This document shows, in pieces, positions 36,405 to 45,768 of a stretch of 64,000 bases of DNA. A program made the translations under genes and the position numbers. Under the pieces are notes generated by a model, which was not told the origin of the DNA, searched no databases, and worked only from the letters and a program-made list of their open reading frames with translations. This DNA is from an uncultured Gammaproteobacteria bacterium (GTDB taxonomy: Bacteria; Pseudomonadota; Gammaproteobacteria; UBA9214), in NCBI GenBank assembly GCA_963773065.1, contig CAVYZN010000002.1:52636-116635 (forward strand), given 5' to 3'. Numbering within the stretch: position 1 is the first letter of the stretch; each line of letters begins with the position of its first letter.

Positions 36405-39119
36405 ATGACGGATACAGCCGCAGACCCCGCCGCCGCGGACCAGTTCGAGTCGTGGTTCGGCACGTCCGCACTGGATGCCGGGCTTGCCGCCGGCGAGAGT
36501 GCGCTGCCCCTGTTCAGGCAGTTCCTCAATCAAAGCCATGCCGCGCTCAAACAGAAGTTCGAGCACGGCATCAGCGCGCCGCTGCTCATCAAGGCGCGCT
36601 CCTGGCTGGTTGACCAGCTCCTGATCCGCGCCTGGCGGCGCTTCATGGCCGAAGACGGGCAGACTGCGGCGCTGGTCGCGGTCGGCGGCTATGGCCGCAG
36701 CGAACTCATGCCGGGGTCGGACATCGACCTGCTGGTGCTGCTGCCCGATACGGCGCATGAACAGCTCAATCCCAAGCTCGAGTCGCTGCTGGTCTTTCTC
36801 TGGGATATCGGACTCGAAGTCGGCCACAGCGTCCGCACCGTCGGCGACTGCATCGAACAGTCGCTGGCCGATGTCACCGTGGTCACCAATCTGATGGAAG
36901 CCCGCCTGCTCACCGGCAGCGAGGACCTCTATGCCAGGATGCACGCCAGCGTCTCGCCCGGGAAGATCTGGAACAGCCGTGATTTCTTCGAAACCAAACG
37001 CCGGGAACAGAGAAACCGCCACCGCAAGTACCATGATACCGCCTACAAGCTGGAACCCAACGTCAAGGAAAGCCCGGGTGGGCTGCGCGATATCCAGATG
37101 ATCGCCTGGGTGGCCAACCGCCACTTCGGCACGGCATCGCTGGAAGACCTGGTCACGCGCGGCTTCCTCACCCAGGCGGAGTACGACGTGCTGGTCGAGG
37201 GCAGGAATCTCCTGTGGGAAATCCGCTTTGCCCTGCACATCCTGACGGGGCGCGGCGAAGACCGCCTGCTGTTCGATTACCAGCGCACCATCGCCGAACA
37301 GTTCGGCTACCACGATGAAGACGATCAGCTCGGCGTCGAGGTCTTCATGAAGCAGTACTACCGGACCGTGATGGATCTCAGCCGCCTCAACGAAATGCTG
37401 CTGCAGTTGTTCCAGGAGGAGATACTGTTCACCGACGGGCCGGCCGAGATCATCCCGCTCAATAAACGCTTTCAGGCCAGAAACGGCTTCATCGGGATTG
37501 CGCACAGCAAGGTGTTCGCCAATTACCCGTTCGCGCTGCTCGAGATTTTCCTCCTGCTTGAGCAGAACCCGCAGTTAAAGGGCGTGCGCGCCGACACCAT
37601 CCGGGCCATCCGCGCCCACCGCCACCTGATCGATGACAACTTCAGGAACGACATCCGCAGCAGAAGCCTGTTCATGGAGATACTGCGGCAACCTCACGGG
37701 GTCACCCATGGCCTGCGCCGAATGAACGTCTACGGCGTGCTGGCCGCCTATCTGCCGGCATTCGGACGGATCGTCGGACTGATGCAGTACGACCTGTTCC
37801 ACATCTATACCGTCGATGAACACATACTGTTCGTGGTGCGCAACCTGCGCCGCTTCACGGTACCCCGCTACGCCAATGAGTTCCCGCTCTGCAGCCACGT
37901 CATCGCCACGCTGCCCAAACCCGAGTTGCTGTATCTCGCCGGGCTGTTTCATGATATCGCCAAGGGCCGCAAGGGCGACCATTCCGATCTTGGCAGCGCC
38001 GAGGTGCGCGAGTTCTGCGTGCGCCATCACTTGAGCGACTACGACACCGGCCTCCTCGAATGGCTGGTCGCCAAGCACCTGCTGATGTCAGCCACCGCGC
38101 AGCGCGAGGACATCAGCGATCCCGCCGTCATCAACCGCTTCGCCCGCACCGTCGGTGACCCGGTGCGCCTCGATTACCTCTACCTGCTGACCGTGGCCGA
38201 TATCCGGGCGACCAACCCCGAGCTCTGGACGACCTGGAAGGACGCCCTGCTCAGGCAGCTCTATTACAACACCCGCCGGGCGCTGCAGCGCGGCCTGCAG
38301 GACCCGCTGGAACGCTCCGAACACATCCAGCAGATCCAGAGCGAGGCCCGCAAGCTGCTCGCCAGCATCACAGCGGACGCCGGCCGTCGGGATGCCATCT
38401 GGGAAACACTGGGCGAGGAATATTTTCTGCGTCACACCTCGGACCAGGTGGCCTGGCATACCCAGCTTATCGAGGAGAGCGCCGCCGGTGAGAACTGCAT
38501 CGTCGCGATCCACCCCTCCACGGAACGCGGCAGTACGGAAGTATTCATCTACGCGAAGGTAATGGATGAACTGTTTACCCTGATCACCGCCGTACTGGAC
38601 CAGTTGGGCTTGAATGTCGTGGACGCCGGCATCATCACCACCCGCGACGGCCATGTGCTCAATACCTTCCACGTGCTCGAGACATCGGGCCAGCCCGTGG
38701 AAAGCGATAGGCGCGCCGAGGAGATACGCGCCGCGCTGGTGAACGAGATCACCCGCGGCGACCGGCGCGTCTGGCATGTCTCGCGCAGGACGCCCCACCG
38801 CTACAAGCATTTTCCGATCAAGACGCACATCGCCTTCAAGCCGGATGAGCTCGATCATCGCACGGTCATGGAGCTGATCACGCCGGACCATCCCGGCCTG
38901 CTGTCGCAGGTCGGCAGGGCCTTTACGGAATGCGGCGTGAGGCTGCTCAACGCCAAGATCGCCACCCTGGGCTCCCGCGCCGAGGATATCTTCTATATCA
39001 CCGACCGGAACAACCAGCCGCTCGAGGATAGCGAGCAGTACGAATGCCTGGAAAAGTCCCTGCGCAAACACCTGGGCGCGGACGCCGGGGCCGAGACGCA
39101 GGCCCCGCTCTTCATCTAA
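36405..39119 (+). CDS. glnD: [protein-PII] uridylyltransferase
   Basis: AVGGYGR.EL.P.SDIDL, LEPNVKESPGGLRD, HIYTVDEH, LFHDIAKGR, two ACT domains. Confidence 0.98.
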   Translation: MTDTAADPAAADQFESWFGTSALDAGLAAGESALPLFRQFLNQSHAALKQKFEHGISAPLLIKARSWLVDQLLIRAWRRFMAEDGQTAALVAVGGYGRSELMPGSDIDLLVLLPDTAHEQLNPKLESLLVFLWDIGLEVGHSVRTVGDCIEQSLADVTVVTNLMEARLLTGSEDLYARMHASVSPGKIWNSRDFFETKRREQRNRHRKYHDTAYKLEPNVKESPGGLRDIQMIAWVANRHFGTASLEDLVTRGFLTQAEYDVLVEGRNLLWEIRFALHILTGRGEDRLLFDYQRTIAEQFGYHDEDDQLGVEVFMKQYYRTVMDLSRLNEMLLQLFQEEILFTDGPAEIIPLNKRFQARNGFIGIAHSKVFANYPFALLEIFLLLEQNPQLKGVRADTIRAIRAHRHLIDDNFRNDIRSRSLFMEILRQPHGVTHGLRRMNVYGVLAAYLPAFGRIVGLMQYDLFHIYTVDEHILFVVRNLRRFTVPRYANEFPLCSHVIATLPKPELLYLAGLFHDIAKGRKGDHSDLGSAEVREFCVRHHLSDYDTGLLEWLVAKHLLMSATAQREDISDPAVINRFARTVGDPVRLDYLYLLTVADIRATNPELWTTWKDALLRQLYYNTRRALQRGLQDPLERSEHIQQIQSEARKLLASITADAGRRDAIWETLGEEYFLRHTSDQVAWHTQLIEESAAGENCIVAIHPSTERGSTEVFIYAKVMDELFTLITAVLDQLGLNVVDAGIITTRDGHVLNTFHVLETSGQPVESDRRAEEIRAALVNEITRGDRRVWHVSRRTPHRYKHFPIKTHIAFKPDELDHRTVMELITPDHPGLLSQVGRAFTECGVRLLNAKIATLGSRAEDIFYITDRNNQPLEDSEQYECLEKSLRKHLGADAGAETQAPLFI

Positions 39120-39185
39120 GGAACCTCTGTACAAGCAGCGTTAGGCTGAACGAAGGTGAAGCCCAACAGTTGGGGGACAATGGAC

Positions 39186-39262
39186 AATGGGGACATTCTG
39201 GTTTATTGATATCCATTCTCTCCTGGAGGCACAACGTGTGTTAAGCCAGAATGTCCACATTT
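39186..39262. repeat. 77-bp palindromic element, copy A
   Basis: aatggggacattctggttta...ttaagccagaatgtccacattt. Terminal inverted arms; near-identical copy at 42029-42105. Confidence 0.85.
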
Positions 39263-39300
39263 TTTCCATTGTATAGGCCCTCTAATGTAGACCTTTATCG

Positions 39301-39812
39301 ATGCACATAGACAAATCTAATTCATGCGCAAGCGGTGAGTATCTCGTCCTTGGGGAAATGCTTAGGCGGGGATATGAATGCTACTTGGCCAATGGCCCTA
39401 CCCAAAATGGGTGGGACATCGTTGTCCTCAATGAGAACGGTTCAAACATAAGAATTCAGGTCAAGACAATCGACTGGCCAGAAAAAAATGCAATTAACGG
39501 GAAATTAGACAATGGGTTCGATATTCTTGTGGCTGTTCTCTTACAGCGAGAACAGCCACATGCCAAGATTGTCATTGCCTCGCGCCAGGAGATTGAACCT
39601 CTGCTGTCAGCCGCATCCACGGACGAAAATACTGCACGGGGTATGAAAGGTGGAAAGAGCGTACTTTGAACCTTGGAAAGAATTTCGAAACACAAGATAA
39701 GAAGAAAGACCTCAAAGTGGATGAGGCGGCTTGGAAGCACTTAAATGAATTGATTGATAACCTAACGAATCATTCAACCGGACCTGCGCAAAAAGCCGCG
39801 CAGTCCGGTTAA
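39301..39812 (+). CDS. cassette-like PD-(D/E)XK-type nuclease-fold protein, frameshift near 39640
   Basis: SGEYLVLGEMLRRGY...GWDIV...IRIQVKT fits an E...D...QxK restriction-endonuclease-like motif. The shifted frame (YERWKERTLN...) runs into the attC and stops at TAA 39812. Lower GC than the flanking genes. Confidence 0.6.
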
Positions 39813-39826
39813 TTCAAACGTTGGGC
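39760..39826 (+). mobile_element. integron attC recombination site
   Basis: R'' ACCTAAC (39760-66), L'' ATTCAAC, central stem CGGAC-CTGCGC/GCGCAG-TCCG, L' GTTAAT, R' GTTGGGC (39820-26). 67 bp, located between two same-strand ORFs. Confidence 0.88.
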
Positions 39827-40381
39827 GACATGAACTACGCATCACTCGAGGGCAGCTCGCTATTTGCGCCACCCATTTCATCAGCTTAACGAGACAAGAA
39901 ATATGAGCTTTGGAGACAAAATTATTGAATCCGTTAGCGAGACATCGCGTGATGTTTCAGAAAAATTAGCTCAAAAGTATCGGGAGTACCTAGGCGAAGA
40001 GCTAAATAAAAAGCAAGAGGCGCTTAATGCGCTTGAATTTGAGCTCAAAGAGCGGGAAAAGGCGGTCGCAGGGCGAGAAGCGAAGCTCAAGAAGTCCTAC
40101 CTGATTCCACGAGCCTATATCGATGTGCCGATCGCAATAGTCGTTGTTGCTACCGCCTATTTGACATATGAAGCGTTTAGGCCCGAGGTCCATGACCTCG
40201 TTTCCAGTAGCACTTCCTCAAGCGAGAGCAAAACTGTGGATCAATCAATCTCAGGCGCTGGGGGCGGGTTGTACTCACGTAGCGAGAGCAAAACTGTCGA
40301 TCTCTCAGACGGCGGGGTCGGGTCGTACTCAGGATGTATGAAACGAGGAATCGCGTATTACATAGAAATTGGCTCGTACCC

Positions 40382-41908
40382 GAATGGCACTTAATTAAGC
40401 TCAAGCTTCCTTGCATGCCCATGTTTTCTGATGTCCTGACGGGCTTTCCAGCGAGGTTTGTTCAAGTGTGGATAAGGCTTGGGCCTGCGCTTGACCGCCC
40501 GCGGTTCAACCCGGCCGGGTCGTTCTCCTACCCGTATTTGGGCAATGAGCAGGAACAAGGTCGCCGTGTCTTCTTTGGTGCTTGAGAGAAACTGCCGTTG
40601 ACTCCAGGCCACCCAAATCTGCAGCGTATGTTTGAAGCTCAACTGGCGCGGCGCCACCTTGGCCTGCAGCGCAGCCTCGGCCATCAGCAGCCGAATCAAG
40701 TTGTACGCCAGGAGGTAGACCCACATTTCCTTCTCGCACATCGCTGGGCTCTTGCAACTTAACGCTTCCATGCCGAGGGTGGTCTTGATGTTGCGCAGAT
40801 CCAGCTCCACATGCCAGCGCTGCAGGAACAACGCTTCCAGCTCGGCCTTGGCGGTTTTGCGTGGCGAGAGCAGGGTGGTCACCAGCACTTTCTTGCCGAT
40901 GTTCGCTTCGCGCACCGTGATCTGCTTCGGATAGCTGTGGTATTCCTCCCGGCTCATCCACTCCGGCCGGGCAGGCCGGGACCACTGCACCAAATGATCC
41001 CGTGCGCCAAGTTGCTCTCCCCGGCGAAAATCCGTATGGCGCGCGCCATGCTGCTCGAACAGCACGTCCACCCCGCGCCCCTGCAGGTCGGCGATCAGGA
41101 AATAACTGCAATAATAGCTGTCGGCCAGCATGATATAGCCTTCGACAAACGCCCCCTTGAGACCTCGAAACAGACCATGTTCACCCGTGCCCTTACCCTG
41201 GTACGGCCCCATGGCGGCATCGAGCACCGCGCCGTTGGACAGGGAAATCACCCCGACCAGCCGCGCCAGCGGAAAGCCCACGCCAGGGGCTTGTCCCCCC
41301 GGTTGGGGAAAGCGCGCCTGATTCTCCTCGGTGTCCGGCATCGATACCGTCGTGCCATCCACGAGTTTCACGTGCCGCCCGCCCCACAACCACCCCGTGG
41401 GCGTGTACACGCCAAGCAACGCCCCGGTTTGGCGGGCCAGCGTGCTCACCATCTCGTGCGGCAAGCGCTGGCGCGCGATGCAATAGCCGCCGGTGTTGGC
41501 GCTGCCCACAGACATCTCGCTGAGCAGGCGATTGACTAGCGCTTCATTCACCGTGTTCTGACAGGAGCCGTCGGCACTCATGACTTGCCCTAAAAACATC
41601 GATAACGTCAGCGTCGGTGGATAGTGCCGTTCCGGTGCTCGGGGAGCTGCGCCTCCACCGCCTCCAGTAACTGCGGGCCGGTAAGCAGGTTGAAGAAATG
41701 ATTGGCATAGATTTTCTGAACCTGTTTGGCAAGACGACGTTGTTGTGACAGCAACGGACGGTTACAGTGACTCATGAAGGTTGGCCTCAGGGCTGGTGGG
41801 GTCGATGTTTCGCAACAAACATCTTACCAGTCCCAGCCAACCTTCTCTTTCCGTTTCAAACCATTAGACTATGCTACGTCCTCACTGATCCTTAATTAAG
41901 TGCCATTC
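40382..41908 (-). mobile_element. IS4-family insertion sequence (1527 bp)
   Basis: Perfect 18-bp terminal inverted repeats GAATGGCACTTAATTAAG / CTTAATTAAGTGCCATTC and an 11-bp target duplication GGCTCGTACCC at 40371-40381 and 41909-41919. Confidence 0.96.
40391..41775 (-). CDS. IS4-family DDE transposase, frameshift near 41630
   Basis: VKLVDGTT...PGVGFP...LADSYY...RWHVELDLRNIKT (YREK-like)...RPGRVEPRAVKRRPK. The N-terminus from ATG 41775 is in another frame. Confidence 0.93.
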
Positions 41909-42028
41909 GGCTCGTACCCTTTTCTTTCAACGGGGGAGGATGCCAAAGAAAAGGTCGAAGGAATGTGCCAGAGAACCGGTGGAATGGCTTTCTCTCACAG
42001 GGACTGAGCCCCTTCTATGAAATGGGAT

Positions 42029-42105
42029 AATGGGGACATTCTGGTTTATTAATATTCATTCTCTCCTGCAGACACAACAGGTGTTAAACCAGAATGCCCC
42101 CATTT
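42029..42105. repeat. 77-bp palindromic element, copy B
   Basis: aatggggacattctggttta...ttaaaccagaatgcccccattt. About 9 mismatches against copy A by manual alignment, same orientation. Confidence 0.85.
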
Positions 42106-42410
42106 CCTCCCATCCAGCCCGAAGGAGTACAGGCTGTGCGAGCGGCGGACACCACCGGCCAAGAGCGTTTTGTACCTTGACGTCCAGGGTTCGGTCGCGA
42201 ATCCACGCACGCTGACTGTCCGAGACCCACCGCGTGCGGGGCGCTTGAGCGGTACCTCCATAAGCCCGCCGCTAATGATCGAGGAGCGCCGCATCGCCGG
42301 ACTGGAGGGTTGGATACTGGGCGTGGTATGCGGTCAACTGGACGTTTATACAAACAGTCGGTTATTCACGTTTATACCTAAAATAACATCACTCTAGGTA
42401 TAATCGCGGC

Positions 42411-43459
42411 ATGGTCAGGCAACCCCAAGAGATTCAGACCCTCTACGCCGAGCTGTCGGAACGCCTCGCCGCCTATGAGGCGGCGCGCTCGTTTTCGAGC
42501 TTGAGCGGGAGCTTCGCAACGAAACGAATATCCGGCTCCAGCTATTGGTACTTCAAGACCAGCGAGACCCCATCCGGGCAGCGCGAGTACTCCGTCGGTC
42601 CCGATACACACGCCACGCGTTCGATCATCGAGGCCTATCAAAAAGGCCGTGCGGCAACGGAAGAGGTGGAAAACGCCATTGCCCGACTGTGTGCGATGCT
42701 GCGCCAGGGCGGCGCCATGCTGACCGACACGGTGTCGGCCAAGGTGATTTCCGGACTGGGAAGCGCGGGGGTATTCCAACTGGGAGCGGTACTGGTCGGC
42801 ACGCATGCTTTCATCGCCCTCGGCAACGTCTTGGGCGTGCGCTGGCAATCCGGGCTGCGTACGGAGGACATAGACCTTCTCGCCAGTCCCGTGCTGGAAG
42901 TGGCGATCGGGCAGATCGAGGCCGATCTTCCTGCCACTCTTGAAAGCCTGAATATGGGGTTCCTGCCTGTGCCGGGTCTGGACTCACACAAGCCGGAAAC
43001 CTCGTTCAAGGTGCGAGGCAAGACGCTTCGCGTGGATCTCCTGACGCCGGCGCGCGGGAAGAGTGACGGCGCACCCGTGCGCATCCGCGGCTCAAGGCTT
43101 CGGCGCAACCGCTGGAGTTTCTTGATTACCTCCTCGAGGCGCCCGTTGCCGTTCCGATCATCAATGGCGGCGCGACGATGGTGAAAGTCCCCGACCCCGC
43201 GCGATTCGCGCTGCACAAGCTGATCGTCAGCATGGATCGCTCGATTGCGATGCAAACCAAAGCGGCAAAGGATCGTCAACAGGCAGGCGAAATGATCGAG
43301 GTGTTGATCCAGGACCGGCCAGGCGACATCGAACTTGCCATAGAGAGCATGAACCGGCGGTCGAAAGGGTGGCGCAAGAAGCTCCGCGACGGCCTTGAAC
43401 GCCTGTCGGACCCGCTTGATGCTGCCAGGAAAAAAATAGTTGCGATGCTCGAACACTAG
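42411..43459 (+). CDS. GSU2403-family nucleotidyltransferase-fold protein, frameshift near 43090
   Basis: QTLYAEL...GSF......YWY...YSVGPDT...GAVLVGTHAF...RTEDIDL...VDLLTP in one frame; VPDPARFALHKLIVS..R....KAAKD..QA in the next. Confidence 0.8.
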
Positions 43460-43508
43460 ACGTTTTGTGTAACAGAATACGATGCTGTTCCACAATTGCC
43501 GGCAATTG

Positions 43509-43886
43509 TTACGGCACAGTTCGCGCCGCACCGATGGGCATATCGAGGACGATGTCCGAGTATGGGATGCGGGGTGCAACTTTTCCGCCAGCTCCTTCCT
43601 GCAGACGCACCAGTCCGTACCCCTCCAGAGTTTTCAGTGTTCTGGAAAGATTGGATTTGGCCCGTCCGGAAAGCTCGGCCAACTCGGCGATGGAGTTCGG
43701 TTGCGCCGCTGCAATCAAGTCCAGAAGTTTCCGGTTCCGATCGGATAGGACACGGGAAAAACTTTCCATGGAGGTAAACCACACCCTGGGCTCGCCACGC
43801 TTTGGCTGATACTCGCCACGTGCAATTGCCATGGTGCGCACCTTCATGTCAGCGTAGCTGGCAATTCCGACTTTTAGCGTCTTCAT
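43509..43886 (-). CDS. wHTH transcriptional regulator / putative antitoxin
   Basis: MKTLKVGIAS...TMAIARG...PRVWFTS.ES...VLS..NR.LL..I....P.SI.ELA..SGR..SNLSRTLKT. Directly downstream of the DUF6516 gene. Confidence 0.82.
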   Translation of the reverse strand: MKTLKVGIASYADMKVRTMAIARGEYQPKRGEPRVWFTSMESFSRVLSDRNRKLLDLIAAAQPNSIAELAELSGRAKSNLSRTLKTLEGYGLVRLQEGAGGKVAPRIPYSDIVLDMPIGAARTVP

Positions 43887-43890
43887 GACG

Positions 43891-44256
43891 TCACTCCTCT
43901 CTCCTCAGCACCGCATCGACTTCGGCCCAGAAATCCGCAAGCAGCGCGGCAGCATCTTGGTACTCATAAGGTCGAATCGTGCGGAGCCGGTGCTTGTGAT
44001 CGTAGCGTTTTAGCGCCCGACTACCTGGCCTTCGAGAATCGCTAACCGGGTGTGCATTATCAAATCCGACCAAGCGTCCTCCGTCTGCCGCGTGCAGTGT
44101 AAGTGCATATTTCAGTCCGTGCGGCCGTTCCGGCGTCGGTTCCACGCGCTTCACAGAGAACTTCACCCAGTGTTTCCCGGCTTGATCGACTACGAAGACC
44201 TGGCCATCCAGGTCAAGCAGGGTATCGAGAACGGGATCGCGCTTGAATCTGGACAT
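43891..44256 (-). CDS. DUF6516 (TumE-like) putative toxin
   Basis: LDTLLDLDG...WVKF......RPHGLKYALTLH..DG.RLVGFDNAH...DHKH...PYEYQDAAALLADFWAEVD. Confidence 0.78.
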   Translation of the reverse strand: MSRFKRDPVLDTLLDLDGQVFVVDQAGKHWVKFSVKRVEPTPERPHGLKYALTLHAADGGRLVGFDNAHPVSDSRRPGSRALKRYDHKHRLRTIRPYEYQDAAALLADFWAEVDAVLRREE

Positions 44257-44261
44257 TTCAG

Positions 44262-44291
44262 AGGTTATCAGTAAGTGATATCACAGGTCAA
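44262..44291 (-). promoter_or_regulatory. putative leaderless promoter with palindromic operator for the toxin-antitoxin-like pair
   Basis: Minus strand reads TTGACC-18 nt-TAACCT-5 nt-ATG. A TATCA-N5-TGATA palindrome (44266-44280) overlaps the spacer. Confidence 0.55.
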
Positions 44292-44553
44292 TTTCTCTAA
44301 GGTTCCCCCGGCTTATATACACCAGACGCTATAGGTCGCCAGTCTCAGGTTTATTTTCAGGAAGCCCCCGGGCGGACATCTTCCCGGAGTGTATTGCCCG
44401 ATCGTCAGAGCCGGATGCTCTCCCCCAGGTAATACAATGCGACGGCAACCTGGGGTAAAATGCGACGGCAACCTGGGGTAAGATGAAGGCGTAGAGCATG
44501 AGGCTCATCATCACAGGTTGTGTACCGTTCACGTTCATGATGGATCGAAACGA

Positions 44554-45442
44554 TCATGCCTGCGCCTCCTCACCGGCATGCAGGCGCGCCGCCAGGTAGG
44601 ACGCCGCCACGATCATGCCGCCGCCCAGCCATTCGCGGGGCGATACGGTTTCCTCCGTCAGCAGCAGGGAAGAGACGGCGCCGACGACCAGCTCGAACAG
44701 CAGTATGACCGCCGAGCGGTGCACCGGCATGCGCGCGACGCCGTACTGGACGGCGAGCGTCATCACCAGGAATCCGCCCACACCCAGCAGGACGGCGAAC
44801 AGCAAGGTGCCGGTAGCGATCACGGGAACGGCCGTATGGCTCCCGGCTATCCAGAGTCCGGCGACCACGACCACGCCCAGCCAGGTCGCGGCGGACTTCA
44901 GCCAGAGGCCGACAGTTTGCATCCGGCGCACGAAGACATTGCTGAGCGCAAAGGTGAACCCGGCCGAGACGGCCAGCCAGTCGGGCTCATCACGGGGCCA
45001 GGGCAGGCCGATGGCCTCGTCCCAGAGCATGATGATCGCCCCGCCGACCGCCACCAGGAATACCAGCAGCGTAGTGCCGTCCATGCGCTCATCAAGCAGC
45101 AGCCACCCCAGACACACCGCCCAGATCGGCGACAGGTAAAAAAGCAGCAGCACGCGCACTACGGTACCGTCGATCACCGCCATGATGAAGGCCACATTGC
45201 ACCAGCCGGCGGCGAGACCCAGCAAGACCAGGGAGAGGAGGTTATCCCGCAACGAGCCGGCGCTCGCGGACGAACACCCCCAGGCACACGAGCAAGGCCG
45301 CCCCGTAGCTGATCATGGCGCTCCACAGTCCCGCCAGACCCTGCGACTCCAGCAGGCGCAGGGGATACCAGACGATCCCCCAGAGCGTCGCGGTAAACAG
45401 CAGGCTGAGAACCGCAAGCCAGCGCGGTGATGGTTTGGCCAT
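44554..45442 (-). CDS. DMT/EamA family transporter, frameshift near 45255
   Basis: LWGIVWYPLR..., VRVLLLFYLSPIW..., QYGVARMPVHRSAVILLFELVV; multiple TM helices. Confidence 0.88.
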
Positions 45443-45546
45443 GTTCAATGATTCCCGTATACTTTCATCGCCGCAGGAAAATTCTTCACACATCCATGCC
45501 CGTCTTATACAAAGGAAAACGCTGACGTTGCTTCGTATCCGTGAGA

Positions 45547-45671
45547 GGCCCCATGCCGGGTAAGTCCTGTCGTGACACGCTCGTGACACGCAGGCGATCG
45601 CGGCCGTCGAGCGCTACAGGGCATCGTATCCTTACGCGCGTGTCACGACAGGACTTACCCGGCATGAGGCC
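45547..45671. repeat. long inverted repeat / MITE-like element
   Basis: Perfect 29-bp arms catgccgggtaagtcctgtcgtgacacgc (45552-45580) and gcgtgtcacgacaggacttacccggcatg (45638-45666). Confidence 0.85.
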
Positions 45672-45768
45672 GATGGTCAACAGTATGCACCCGCCATGAT
45701 CAGAATAATGCCCTCACAGCATGTGCAATATCAGCGCCTGATACCATACCACCCTTCCTGGCTCCCGC

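Larger units (their letters stand above)
39903..42007 (+). pseudogene. cassette-like coiled-coil/TM hypothetical protein interrupted by IS4
   Basis: ORF ...CMKRGIAYYIEIGSYP is cut at 40381 and resumes in frame after the IS as FLSTGEDAKEKVEGMCQRTGGMAFSHRD* (stop at 42007). Confidence 0.82.

Noticed and set aside
39186-42105. The 77-bp elements as attC sites or IS ends
   Set aside because: They lack RYYYAAC/GTTRRRY boxes, and they are directly oriented self-palindromes with no target duplication and no relation to the IS4 inverted repeats.
42113-42350. GC-rich spacer as a possible tRNA, ncRNA or gene remnant
   Set aside because: No cloverleaf, conserved motif or convincing ORF found.
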